Source: Bilabrum cf. latius
Lineage: Eukaryota
Length of the DNA: 55,300 bases
Direction of reading: 5' to 3'
Assembly (NCBI GenBank): GCA_965178125.1
Contig: OZ237761.1
Span: forward strand, 868,001-923,300
Below the pieces are notes generated by a model that did not search any database, was not told where the DNA came from, and was given only the letters and a program-made list of their open reading frames with translations. Below are positions 26,101 through 39,104 of the stretch, piece after piece. A program made the translations under genes and the position numbers. Position 1 is the stretch's first letter; every line of letters starts with the position of its first letter.

Positions 26101-27008
26101 CTGAGATCCGCCGATTAGTGGTGGACGAGGCAAGGAAGTTCGTGAGCGCAGGAGGGAACGCCACTGCCGCCCTATCCGCAGCGAGTGAGGGTCGCGATGG
26201 CAGACTCGTGGACTTGGATGAGCTGCGAGGGCACGGCCCACGCGAAGCAGTGGCCGCAGCCCTTCGGAAGCTATGGCTCAGGGACCCGCGCAAGCTGCCG
26301 CAAGAGGGGTTCCTGCGGCTCTGTGACATGTGCAGAGAGCTTGCGATCCGCTCGGCGGCCGAGATGGAGCTGCGAGCACAGTCTCGTAGTGGGCCCTCCT
26401 CGTCCTCTTCGTCGTCGCCCGCTTCATCTTCCGCAGGCGGGCCTGCCGTGGTGCAGTCAGCTGTGAAGCTGTCCGATGCCGCGCGCGCTCTTCTTGGATT
26501 TGACGCTGGGGACACAGAGGTCGGGCGATCGGCCCAAGGGGAAGATGGTGATGTTACAGTAGGCCCGAGCTCCGCACGCTTGGATAGATTCCTGCAATAC
26601 GTGCAGCAGTGGGCGACGCAGGCCCGCACTGCCAGTATTGCTTAGAGTAGCCTTGCAGCTGTCCTGCAAGCTGTTCCACGGTCTGTGCTGCTGCAGCTTC
26701 CCACGGCCCCGCAGTTGTTTGCTGCCGTTGCGGGATACAGCGAGCGGCATGCGGCTCGGGTGCAGCGAAGTCTGCAGGCTGCGGCCACTGTAGATTTTAC
26801 GCTCCAAGCTTGGGACACCATGGGAGCCACCGCAGCATCAAGCCAAGCAGTGGCATCGAGTGCTTCCAGACAACGTACGCCGAGCACAGAGGCGATCGGC
26901 TCGAAGCGCAGTAGGTCGAAATCGTTGGTTGAGCGCGTTGCAGACGCGACTGCAAGGGACGATGCACCATCCGGATCGGTGGCGAAGGCAAAGAAACGCA
27001 GGCACTGA
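23160..27008 (+). CDS. UTP13: U3 snoRNA-associated WD40 protein UTP13/TBL3; intronless; TAG at 23244, 25686, 26643
   Basis: WD40 repeats (KGHRRGVW, LEGHGASVL, AHADRVWAL); Utp13 C-terminal domain ALELEQPRRL, LQYVQQWATQARTASIA*, YSERHAARV..VDFTL; ends TGA. Confidence 0.92.
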
Positions 27009-27405
27009 TCCGGGGGTTAGATCAAGATCTAGACTCTACGGCAGTTCCCGGTGCATTGCATGACAGACGCGATGCTAGCATTTTACAGAGGACACTTGAA
27101 TGTCCTTCGGTCTTCTGTACACCCAAAATCCACAATGCGTGCGGAACTATGAGTAAGCCGTATGCTACCATCGCGGGTCCACCTAATCCCGGATATGGCC
27201 CCCGCTGGGGGCGGCGCGATAGTGGTGTTGCCATGGGCACCTGCGAGAGCTGCACCCCCCGGGGGTGCCTATCGTCGTGGGCAGGTCGTGGGACAGCATC
27301 GTCTAAAAAGCATGTATATCGCCCCAGCCCCCTCCCTGGTGGTTATGCACCCAGATCACTTTCGAAGCGTGCAGTAGTAGGCCTACACTACTAGGCCTAC
27401 TAGTA

Positions 27406-30191
27406 TCCGAATCCCCTTGCGACCATAACTGTCCCAACCAACTGCAACTGTCCCAAGATTCAAATGCGACCACTTCTTGAGCTCATACAGGTCTCAATTC
27501 TAGAGTTATGCAAGCATCCTCCTCCAGTTCTAAAGAATCATCAATACTCGACGCAATTGACGACTCGGATACTCGGGCTATCCTTCAGGTGTCTGTGGAT
27601 GACGTGAATCGTGTGCTCGCTTGGCGCACGGCCTTGGAGCAATCGGTAGAAGAATGCACAGCTGAGCAGCCTGAGATGCGACTATATGAAGCGCAGCAAG
27701 CAGATTATATAATTTACAAGCAAAAGCTTTAGGTGTGGAGGGAGAGAAATCCCGGTAAGGTTCAAAATGACAGTGAAATCTACCGAGAGATTCAAAATGA
27801 GGTGTACCCAGAAAAGACGTTTAGCGCTGTCCGGAAGCGATTCCAGCGAATCTAGCAACGATTAACGTGCCCCCTACAGGATTTGTGTTGGCGAACAGAT
27901 TTGCCCTAGTATGTTGAACGGGCACTTGCGAAGCTGGTCATATTGCGAGAGGATGAGAAGGTGCCGTTCACGCTTGAAGGACTGCGCCGAACTGCAACAG
28001 GCCTTCGCAACGACTTTTGTGCTGGTTCACACAAGGATGGGGTGCCACTATCGCGTGTGTGGTCAACCAGATTTCTAAAGGCTCATAAACTGAAGGATTT
28101 GCAAGGTGAAGAGAAGACAATCAATCGTAGCGTGGCGGAGAGCCACACGTGCTTGCTGGACTGGTTTGGCGAAGGAGCAGCAAAACGAGGCCTGGTACTC
28201 AATACTGAGCTTGGCGTCGTCGTGTCAGGGACGTGCATTTATCACGAACGATTGTAGTTAAACATAGATGAGACTGTGATCATACTGCATGCCCAGCCAG
28301 GGTAGGGCGCAAGGGTTGACGGGGCGGACCGTCTGGTGGTCAGGGCCGAATCGCCCCGTGCTGCGCTTCGCGCGACGCATTTTTCCAATACAAACGTATC
28401 ATTCGTTCCTGTTGTATCAGCGAAGGATGGAATTGTTGCTGGCCTTCTCGTTTTCCGCTACGATGGCAAGTCTCAAAAGGTCAAACGCGAGATCCAGCGC
28501 GAGCAGGAATATGTGGCAGCCCGGTTGCAACGTGCGCAAGCCCAGCGCGATGCGGGCAAGCTCGACGACGACGGCCTGAAGGCGGAGCTCGAGGATATTC
28601 TAGCTGAGGTAAGGCTATCTGGGAATGTTGTGGACCCCTCGTCTGTCCAGAAACTCTTCTTGGTGCTAGCCAAGACGGACATCGAGCTCCTCGACATCAT
28701 CGTGTTCTGTGCGACCCCCTCCGGCTACAGCAACGTCGGGTCCTTGTCCCTGCTGCTTCCAAAGATCGTGGAGTACGCAGCTAGAGTGCGAAGGGAAGAG
28801 AGGCTCCCTCCCACAGCTAGAGTACTGCTCACGATGGACAACCACTCGACGCATGACCAGCGGAGCCTCAGGAAGTTCTGCGCTGCCAACAACATCGACA
28901 TCGAGCTCCTCCTTCCAATGAGCACCCACTTCCTGCAGCCCCTGGACGTCGCGTGCATGTCGTCCTTCAAAGCAGAGCTTCGTGGTGTTAAGAAAGACTT
29001 CTGTGTCTATCTGAGCTAGCTTCATTTCATGGAAGCATTCATGGCGTCTGCCCCGGAGGCGAAGAAGTCGGCACTAGCGAAGGCGTCGTGTGACGCGATC
29101 GGGGAGGAGTGGATCGCACCGCTGGTCTTGACCTGTGCAAGCCACAGCTTTCGAGCTTCGAATGCTGCTAGTGGATTCAAGAAGTGCGGACTTCTCCCGT
29201 TCAACCCTTCCGTTGTAGTTGACATGGACAAAGTCAAGCAGCACAGGGCCACGCTACAGAGGGCCCGGGAGGGGGCCAGTGGTAGTGAGCTGTCAGACGT
29301 AGCCAAAATACTGGAGAGTATCCCGACAGAGTCAGGATCTTTCGTGAAGAGTACTACGGCTGCCAGTGGAGCAGGCGCATCTGAGCCGTAGTCATCATCC
29401 TCGTCTGCTGTGCTTGGGCCTGCCACGGCTGACAACCTCGGGGGACTGGCGAGCGCACAGCGCGTGGTGAGCGCCCATGATGCCCTGGCGAAGAGACGCC
29501 CCAACACGGCTGCATTCCTGAGATTAGCAGGTTTGGGGCTTCAAGCAAAGATTGAAAGCGCAGCTCGGGCACAACAATCTCAGAAAAGGCGACCAAGGCT
29601 GAAGGGGCTGCAAGGCAACCGTGGGGCCATCGGGCCCCGGGGGGGCGGGGGTGACGCCGCTTAGCTGCGGAAAAATCAGATGCGCGACCGCCCACTCTAG
29701 GATCAGTCCACAGATGAGATTATTGAGCAGCTTGAGGAGGCTAGAGTCAACCTGGACGCAATGAGAGCTCAGAATCAGGCCCTCAAGGCCAAGATCGCGA
29801 AGATCTAGGCTGCAAGCAACAAGAGGGCCATGCCAGCTTCAAAGAAGCGTCGAACTTAATATTTTTATATATGATTATACTGCTATTATACTGGAAACCT
29901 GAAAAAAAAGTGTGAAATGCGAGATATTTAGGACTTTGAAGTTGGGACAGTTGTGATTTTTACCAGGCGCGATCATGCCGGCCGCCAAGGCCGCCATCTT
30001 TGGTCGGTCATAGCTTGAAGAGAACATGTCGTCCTGAAAATCTGGTTACAGTTTTGAAATCTCCTTGAAAACCTGCTTCATTACCGAAAAGGACAGGGCC
30101 ATAGTTGGACATTATTGCTCCGAATTTTGCGACTGAAGTTGGGAATTTTGCCGTTCAGCTTGGGACAGTTATGGTCGCAAGGGGATCCGGA
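27406..30191 (+). mobile_element. pogo/Fot1-like (Tc1-mariner superfamily) DNA transposon, ~2.8 kb
   Basis: 32-bp terminal inverted repeats 27406-27437 (TCCGAATCCCCTTGCGACCATAACTGTCCCAA) and 30160-30191 with one mismatch, enclosing a DDE transposase; TA lies to the left but there is no clean right TSD. Confidence 0.88.
27508..29859 (+). CDS. DDE_1 / CENP-B-like transposase (783 aa with TAG=Gln; 10 in-frame TAG)
   Basis: NIDET...LTMDNHSTH...THFLQPLDV with 35 residues between the last two Asp (DD35D); SGFKKCGLLPFNP; one frame with no TAA/TGA until TAA 29857. Confidence 0.9.
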
Positions 30192-30659
30192 ATCCTTTAT
30201 CAGCAGCACTCCACAGGCCAATATTTTGGTTTCTTCGGGTGATTTCAAGCAAACTCAAGTTGCATTAACTGTTTGCTCCAACTACCAGTGCAGATATATG
30301 CGGGTTTCCCGGAGGCAGGCGTCTGCACTTTGCCGCGTTGAGTTTGTGCGACGTGTCCAGGGCAGAATCCCCAAGTTGCTCATTACCTAGAACGAGCTCA
30401 ATCTGAATCAAGTTAGATATTTTGACGGTGTAGGCTTATGGTCTCACGAAAATTAGTTGTTCCTTTGCTTTCGAGGTCAATCCAATTGCATTGCTGCGTG
30501 ATCGACAACCATTAATCGCAGGCTTTCACCATTGACAGCGTAGTGAGAACCAATAGATTGTATGAACCACTTTCTGCATTGGTACGACCAGTTCGGAGAC
30601 CTTTGGTATCAGCGAGGTGTTGCTCAACTGCCCAAGACTCCAGCTGGCGTTAGCCAGTG

Positions 30660-33600
30660 ATGCAGACCTGGATACAGACCTTCAAGACGTCACTTAAACT
30701 TCGAAATATTGGACGCATGACGTGGCTTGTGCAAAACAAGTTGGGCGACGTGGTTAGCCTGGTTCCCAGCGTTTAGGAGTGTCAGGACGTGGAAAAACAG
30801 TGTTTATTGCTGAAGCACCTCGGGAGGGCCGCTATCGACGCTCCGCACCTCGTGATTAATCTAAAGGATGACTAGGAGCTCTCCGCTCGTGATGTTATGA
30901 GTGCATTCGATCGAAGCACTGGGGATCAAGCAAGGGGTCCCATGACAAACGGCAGCGAGACCTGCTTCGAGATGGCTGCGCCGCTAGCCGAGATTGACGC
31001 CAGTCTTCTTGGCACGGTCCTGGACACCCAACATCGAGGGTTCATTCTGTCCGATGCATATACGAATGGTATTAGAGAGCTTGACCGTGCTATTCAAGGT
31101 GTGCTGAAGGAGTTGCCAGCAGCAACAAGGAGAGCTCGAGAGGAGGCCCTGGCCGATATCGCGGATGGCCGCCCCCCGAAGGGCTACCTCAAGGACGCGC
31201 ACTATTTGGATGTGCCTGACTGCAGCTGGGTTCCACAACTCAGCAAGCGTGCAGAAGAAGTGGAGTTTGAAATCAAGGGCGATTTCAAGGGACCCGACCT
31301 GGAGACTGCCGTGAGGAACCGCATCGCCAGTGCAGCAGACTCAGACGTCAGCTCAATTGTTGCAGCGGTCCGAGATTCGCTTCTGCTGATTGGAGAGGCG
31401 TCAGTTGCTGTGAGCGGCTTCCAAGGATTTATGGATGCACCAATTCTTCCTATCGTGGACGCAAGGTGTGGGTCTCAACGTGAGGGTTGGTTAGACTTGT
31501 TCATCTCAGAATCTCTCACGGCCAACACTTTGGGAGCATCTTCAGTTATGCGTGGCGGTGTGGTCACAGGCTTCAAAGGATGCGGCAAGTCTGAGCTTAT
31601 TTAGAACGTGATCTTTGGAAAGGCACTCATGCGATGGGCACTAGCACCATCGGGCGATAAACCCTCGGGTTCCAAGTCGGCAGCAAGCCTGGCATTCCAT
31701 GCAAGGCTGAGCTCGGTACCGACAATGACCCACGTCGGTATCTACGTCAAGGACCCCACCGGACATATTGGTGACTTGAGGTATGCCAGCCCAGTTGCAT
31801 TAATTGCCGCTGGCCTGACCAAGCTAGGGCTCATAGATGCCGACAGTCCGCCTATATGGGCCATACCAGACGAGCTCACCCCCACCTCCATGGGACGCTG
31901 GCTTTCAGAGCATAACATCCACGTTGCGCTGGCCATCGATGAAGCTCAAAAGGTGCAGATGTCACCCGAAGGATCCGAGGACTGGCATTACCGTGCCATG
32001 GCCCGCAAGTACTGGAATATCCTGGAAGACATGTTGAGGATGCAGGAGGGCAAGCCCACGGTCTTCTTGACCGGCTCCCACAAGAACCTAGCCAAGGAAG
32101 TGTATGGTCCTGTGCGTGGGCACCGGGTGCTACAGGGTGACAAGTTTCTTGTCCGCACACTGCCCAATACGTATTCTGAACCGGAACTGCACCTCATGTT
32201 GCTGCGGTAGCAACCACAAAAACAGCAACCCGACTGCGTCAATCCCAAGCAACTGAATCCCCCGCTCAAATGGCCTTCGGTATCTGCGGCTGATGCGGTT
32301 CTGGCCTTGACGTACTACTTGCGCAAGCGAGATAACTTCAAGATTGGGAAGTGGTGGCACCAGGTTGGGTACCTTATGCAGCCCAGTTTGAAACACCTTG
32401 TGCACTTAATCTAGTCTGGGTTATCGGTTCAGGATGCACGGAATACCAAGGGTGCCTCGGTCGGCAGAATTACTGTCGAAATTGCTCAGAGGCATCTGCA
32501 AGACCATCGGGTGCTTAATGCTGCGAAATTGGCCCGCGAGCGGGTCGTTCGCGCGTATTTGCTGAATGGGGTTCTTGCAAGGAGCCTTGGGGAGCTTGGA
32601 GGGACTAGCGTTAACTTCAAGAATTATGTCAAGGCGATGATGGATCGCAAAACGCTTTTCAGCAGGTTTGCAGTTGCGCTCGTGCGAGCCTCTGCCGCAG
32701 ACTCTGCAAGCGAGCAAGCGATGCTCAACCATGACGATCCTCTCCAAGCCATGCCGCGAGTATCACTGTCCGCCGTCATGGTCTACTTGGAAGAGGTCAG
32801 CAATGAATTGCTCCCGCCAGATCGGGTTGCGTCAGATCGTCAGTATTATGAAGATAAGCTCCATGCTTTGCTGCGAGATTGGCACGACAACCAGTGGGTA
32901 GTGTACTACTCTCCCGAGGAACAGGAGTTCAACGAAATTGAGCCGCAGCTTGGCTCGGGGCATGTGCAGCTGCCCAATCTGGCATACGCAAGAGTAGCCC
33001 TGCAGGTCGATCTCACCCGCCAGGTGACCTCCCGACGGGTGACAACGGAGAAGAGTACGACTTAGTAATCGCCGAGTCTCTACATCGTTATTTCAAGTCC
33101 AAGGTACTGGACAAGGGCCGCCTGCCTTCTTTGCCGAGAGACGTGTAGACTTCGGAGCCTGGGGTGCTGAAGCTATCATGGGATCGAAGTAGTCCGTCTG
33201 CGCCCAACACCAATAGCTTCAGTCGGGCCGCATTGACGGTGGGGGAGTTGGTGGCAATGGAAGTCTGCAGGTGGCCTCGTCCTAGCAATTCTTGGCCTTT
33301 GGTCAACTATTCAAGGAGCTTCCAGACCGATTCGGAGCTGATCTCGCCATGGTTCTGCGGCAGAGAACCAAGGCCAGCCGCTAGAAGCCTATCTATAACG
33401 TGGTTCGTATCCAAGTCAAAGCCGGGTTCTCGCAAAAACCAGTACTTGGCGCTAGCAAATTGAAGAAATTGCTTTGCCAGGATACGCAGGCAGAGGCTCA
33501 CCGGTGGTATTGCAGCTTTTTTGGTGAGGACCCCACCTCTAGCAACGTGGTCATGCACTGACTCCTCATTACTAGCAAGCCTGTGAATGACGCTGTGCAA

Positions 33601-33975
33601 AACCTGGCTAGCCATTTGGAGACGACAAACCCCATATCTGTAGCGATGGGGAGAAAGCAGCGCCCTGGCAGGAAGCCCGAGCCGATCCCGCAGCAGGAGA
33701 ACATGGACGTGATCTACGGAGATGACCTGCCGGAGTTGCTATTCGCCGATGCGCGACTATACTTGGCTAGGAGACGGGTCCTGCTGAGCGAATCTGAAGA
33801 AGATGCACGTGAAGCCTAGTAGGCGCTGCAGCTTGTCCTCAGGGAGGTTTTCGGCGAGCTTGCTCTCGGAATCGCTAGTAAGAAGGCCGGCAACTTGGAT
33901 TCAATCAACCTTGCTGAAGCCCACTGGGAGCAGCGCAAGCTCACCAGTGGTGTTACTAGTTCTGTGGTTCTATGA
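30660..33975 (+). pseudogene. NTPase-nuclease gene copy 1: NTPase half open to TAA 33066-33068, nuclease half disrupted
   Basis: Walker A GFKGCGKS and Walker B ALAIDEAQ; compared with copy 3 there is a frameshifting deletion near 33020, a second frameshift near 33200-33280, and CGA>TGA at 33559; start codon uncertain. Confidence 0.75.
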
Positions 33976-33999
33976 ATCATGATCCGCCGCAAGGGATTC

Positions 34000-34261
34000 T
34001 TCTTCCTATCGTGGACGCAAGGTGTGGGTCTCAACGTGAGTTTTGGTTGGACGTGTTTCTCAAGGAAGCATTCGCGACCACAACTTTCGGGTCATCTGTA
34101 ATGCGTGGCGGTGTGGTCACAGGCTTCAAAGGATACGGTAAGTCCTAGCCGATACGGAATGTTATCTTTGGAAAGGCACTCATGCGTTGGGCACTTGAAC
34201 ACTCGGGAGAGCCATCTATGGATTCGCTTCGAAGGGCGAGCTCGAAACCCAACGTGACCCA
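34000..34261 (+). pseudogene. Fragment of the copy-3-type NTPase gene (Walker A region)
   Basis: Near-identical to 41094-41355 (GFKGYGKS variant). Confidence 0.85.
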
Positions 34262-34273
34262 AGCAACATCTCT

Positions 34274-34973
34274 GCTGACTGCGAGGCCTCGGAGCTGGCG
34301 CACTCGAAGGGTGTGTCAATGCCGTGGCAGTGTCTCCAAATGACAGAGTACTGGCAGTTGCATCCCAGGACAAGACTGTGTCTGTCTGGGATGCAGGTGT
34401 ACCATCCACATCGAACCCGAAGGCAGGAGGCCTCGCGCGCGTAGGTGTGCTCAAGGGCCATCGAAGGGGTGTGTGGTGCTGCGAGTTCAGCCCAATTGAA
34501 CAGATCGTCGTGACTGGGTCGTCAGACAAGACGATCCGATGCTGGAACGCGCGCACTATGCAGTGCATGCGGACTCTGGAGGGGCATGGAGCATCTGTTC
34601 TCCAGGTCCGGTTCTGCAATGGAGGCAAGGACCTCGTGTCGGCGGCAGCTGTCGGCATACTCAAGGTGTGGAGCATGCAGGCAGCAGCGTGCAAGTTCAC
34701 TGCGGATGCACACGCCGATCGGGTGTGGGCCCTTGCTGTGCCCAAGACCAGGGATGCTGCTGACCAGGGGGAGAGGAGTCGTCGTCTCCGCCTGTGGTCG
34801 CCGTGTCTGGTGGTGCAGATGGAACCATCCGGGTGTGGCGAGACCACACGAGCTAGCTCAAGCAGGAGGCATCGCAGGCCCAGCTCCGCAAGGCTTCAGC
34901 CGGGAGTAGTCTGGCAGCTGCAATGGCTGGGAGGAGATACGCCACTGCCTTTTCACTTGCGCTGGAGCTCGAG
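34274..34973 (+). pseudogene. Captured internal fragment of UTP13, copy a
   Basis: Near-identical to 25107-25805 with small indels (extra GT, short deletions). Confidence 0.92.
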
Positions 34974-35478
34974 TTTGAAACGTGCACATAGTGTTCGGAT
35001 GTGGTAGATTTCTAAATTCCAGCAGCACTCCACAGGCCAATATTTTGGTTTCTTCGGGTGATTTCAACCAAACTCAAGTTGCATTAACTGTTTGCTCCAA
35101 CTACCAGTGCAGATATATGCGGGTTTCCCGGAGGCAGGCGTCTGCACTTTGCCGCGTTGAGTTTGTGCGACGTGTCCAGGGCAGAATCCCCAAGTTGCTC
35201 ATTACCTAGAACGAGCTCAATCTGAATCAAGTTAGATATTTTGACGGTGTAGGCTTATGGTCTCACGAAAATTAGTTGTTCCTTTGCTTTCGAGGTCAAT
35301 CCAATTGCATTGCTGCGTGATCGACAACCATTAATCGCAGGCTTTCACCATTGACAGCGTAGTGAGAACCAATAGATTGTATGAACCACTTTCTGCATTG
35401 GTACGACCAGTTCGGAGACCTTTGGTATCAGCGAGGTGTTGCTCAACTGCCCAAGACTCCAGCTGGCGTTAGCCAGTG

Positions 35479-38400
35479 ATGCAGACCTGGATACAGACCT
35501 TCAAGACGTCACTTAAACTTCGAAATATTGGACGCATGACGTGGCTTGTGCAAAACAAGTTGGGCGACGTGGTTAGCCTGGTTCCCAGCGTTTAGGAGTG
35601 TCAGGACGTGGAAAAACAGTGTTTATTGCTGAAGCACCTCGGGAGGGCCGCTATCGACGCTCCGCACCTCGTGATTAATCTAAAGGATGACTAGGAGCTC
35701 TCCGCTCGTGATGTTATGAGTGCATTCGATCGAAGCACTGGGGATCAAGCAAGGGGTCCCATGACAAACGGCAGCGAGACCTGCTTCGAGATGGCTGCGC
35801 CGCTAGCCGAGATTGACGCCAGTCTTCTTGGCACGGTCCTGGACACCCAACATCGAGGGTTCATTCTGTCCGATGCATATACGAATGGTATTAGAGAGCT
35901 TGACCGTGCTATTCAAGGTGTGCTGAAGGAGTTGCCAGCAGCAACAAGGAGAGCTCGAGAGGAGGCCCTGGCCGATATCGCGGATGGCCGCCCCCCGAAG
36001 GGCTACCTCAAGGACGCGCACTATTTGGATGTGCCTGACTGCAGCTGGGTTCCACAACTCAGCAAGCGTGCAGAAGAAGTGGAGTTTGAAATCAAGGGCG
36101 ATTTCAAGGGACCCGACCTGGAGACTGCCGTGAGGAACCGCATCGCCAGTGCAGCAGACTCAGACGTCAGCTCAATTGTTGCAGCGGTCCGAGATTCGCT
36201 TCTGCTGATTGGAGAGGCGTCAGTTGCTGTGAGCGGCTTCCAAGGATTTATGGATGCACCAATTCTTCCTATCGTGGACGCAAGGTGTGGGTCTCAACGT
36301 GAGTTTTGGTTAGACTTGTTTCTCAAGGAAGCATTCGCGACCACAACTTTCGGGTCATCTGTAATGCGTGGCGGTGTGGTCACAGGCTTCAAAGGATGCG
36401 GCAAGTCTGAGCTTATTTAGAACGTGATCTTTGGAAAGGCACTCATGCGATGGGCACTAGCACCATCGGGCGATAAACCCTCGGGCGATAAACCCTCGGG
36501 TTCCAAGTCGGCAGCAAGCCTGGCATTCCATGCAAGGCTGAGCTCGGTACCGACAATGACCCACGTCGGTATCTACGTCAAGGACCCCACCGGACATATT
36601 GGTGACTTGAGGTATGCCAGCCCAGTTGCATTAATTGCCGCTGGCCTGACCAAGCTAGGGCTCATAGATGCCGACAGTCCGCCTATATGGGCCATACCAG
36701 ACGAGCTCACCCCCACCTCCATGGGACGCTGGCTTTCAGAGCATAACATCCACGTTGCGCTGGCCATCGATGAAGCTCAAAAGGTGCAGATGTCACCCGA
36801 AGGATCCGAGGACTGGCATTACCGTGCCATGGCCCGCAAGTACTGGAATATCCTGGAAGACATGTTGAGGATGCAGGAGGGCAAGCCCACGGTCTTCTTG
36901 ACCGGCTCCCACAAGAACCTAGCCAAGGAAGTGTATGGTCCTGTGCGTGGGCACCGGGTGCTACAGGGTGACAAGTTTCTTGTCCGCACACTGCCCAATA
37001 CGTATTCTGAACCGGAACTGCACCTCATGTTGCTGCGGTAGCAACCACAAAAACAGCAACCCGACTGCGTCAATCCCAAGCAACTGAATCCCCCGCTCAA
37101 ATGGCCTTCGGTATCTGCGGCTGATGCGGTTCTGGCCTTGACGTACTACTTGCGCAAGCGAGATAACTTCAAGATTGGGAAGTGGTGGCACCAGGTTGGG
37201 TACCTTATGCAGCCCAGTTTGAAACACCTTGTGCACTTAATCTAGTCTGGGTTATCGGTTCAGGATGCACGGAATACCAAGGGTGCCTCGGTCGGCAGAA
37301 TTACTGTCGAAATTGCTCAGAGGCATCTGCAAGACCATCGGGTGCTTAATGCTGCGAAATTGGCCCGCGAGCGGGTCGTTCGCGCGTATTTGCTGAATGG
37401 GGTTCTTGCAAGGAGCCTTGGGGAGCTTGGAGGGACTAGCGTTAACTTCAAGAATTATGTCAAGGCGATGATGGATCGCAAAACGCTTTTCAGCAGGTTT
37501 GCAGTTGCGCTCGTGCGAGCCTCTGCCGCAGACTCTGCAAGCGAGCAAGCGATGCTCAACCATGACGATCCTCTCCAAGCCATGCCGCGAGTATCACTGT
37601 CCGCCGTCATGGTCTACTTGGAAGAGGTCAGCAATGAATTGCTCCCGCCAGATCGGGTTGCGTCAGATCGTCAGTATTATGAAGATAAGCTCCATGCTTT
37701 GCTGCGAGATTGGCACGACAACCAGTGGGTAGTGTACTACTCTCCCGAGGAACAGGAGTTCAACGAAATTGAGCCGCAGCTTGGCTCGGGGCATGTGCAG
37801 CTGCCCAATCTGGCATACGCAAGAGTAGCCCTGCAGGTCGATCTCACCCGCCAGGTGACCTCCCGACGGGTGACAACGGAGAAGAGTACGACTTAGTAAT
37901 CGCCGAGTCTCTACATCGTTATTTCAAGTCCAAGGTACTGGACAAGGGCCGCCTGCCTTCTTTGCCGAGAGACGTGTAGACTTCGGAGCCTGGGGTGCTG
38001 AAGCTATCATGGGATCGAAGTAGTCCGTCTGCGCCCAACACCAATAGCTTCAGTCGGGCCGCATTGACGGTGGGGGAGTTGGTGGCAATGGAAGTCTGCA
38101 GGTGGCCTCGTCCTAGCAATTCTTGGCCTTTGGTCAACTATTCAAGGAGCTTCCAGACCGATTCGGAGCTGATCTCGCCATGGTTCTGCGGCAGAGAACC
38201 AAGGCCAGCCGCTAGAAGCCTATCTATAACGTGGTTCGTATCCAAGTCAAAGCCGGGTTCTCGCAAAAACCAGTACTTGGCGCTAGCAAATTGAAGAAAT
38301 TGCTTTGCCAGGATACGCAGGCAGAGGCTCACCGGTGGTATTGCAGCTTTTTTGGTGAGGACCCCACCTCTAGCAACGTGGTCATGCACTGACTCCTCAT

Positions 38401-38806
38401 TACTAGCAAGCCTGTGAATGACGCTGTGCAAAACCTGGCTAGCCATTTGGAGACGACAAACCCCATATCTGTAGCGATGGGGAGAAAGCAGCGCCCTGGC
38501 AGGAAGCCCGAGCCGATCCCGCAGCAGGAGAACATGGACGTGATCTACGGAGATGACCTGCCGGAGTTGCTATTCGCCGATGCGCGACTATACTTGGCTA
38601 GGAGACGGGTCCTGCTGAGCGAATCTGAAGAAGATGCACGTGAAGCCTAGTAGGCGCTGCAGCTTGTCCTCAGGGAGGTTTTCGGCGAGCTTGCTCTCGG
38701 AATCGCTAGTAAGAAGGCCGGCAACTTGGATTCAATCAACCTTGCTGAAGCCCACTGGGAGCAGCGCAAGCTCACCAGTGGTGTTACTAGTTCTGTGGTT
38801 CTATGA
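35479..38806 (+). pseudogene. NTPase-nuclease gene copy 2: open to TAA 37897-37899, same nuclease-half lesions as copy 1
   Basis: Near-identical to copy 1, plus a 15-bp duplication near 36480 and a copy-3-type tract at ~36301-36365. Confidence 0.75.
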
Positions 38807-38830
38807 ATCATGATCCGCCGCAAGGGATTC

Positions 38831-39092
38831 TTCTTCCTATCGTGGACGCAAGGTGTGGGTCTCAACGTGAGTTTTGGTTGGACGTGTTTCTCAAGGAAGC
38901 ATTCGCGACCACAACTTTCGGGTCATCTGTAATGCGTGGCGGTGTGGTCACAGGCTTCAAAGGATACGGTAAGTCCTAGCCGATACGGAATGTTATCTTT
39001 GGAAAGGCACTCATGCGTTGGGCACTTGAACACTCGGGAGAGCCATCTATGGATTCGCTTCGAAGGGCGAGCTCGAAACCCAACGTGACCCA
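38831..39092 (+). pseudogene. Second fragment of the copy-3-type NTPase gene
   Basis: Repeat of 34000-34261 at +4831. Confidence 0.85.
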
Positions 39093-39104
39093 AGCAACAT
39101 CTCT

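Noticed and set aside
168-27008. Cluster of pseudogenes with premature stops
   Set aside because: Interruptions are only TAG, never TAA/TGA or frameshifts, and conservation continues past them in essential genes
168-27008. Pyrrolysine or programmed read-through at TAG
   Set aside because: Too many sites per gene, no shared downstream context, and alignment to Gln positions
30438-30660. Upstream exon giving the NTPase gene a mitochondrial-type presequence
   Set aside because: The Arg/Ser-rich frame is suggestive, but the candidate intron 30476-30521 does not restore the frame; start left uncertain
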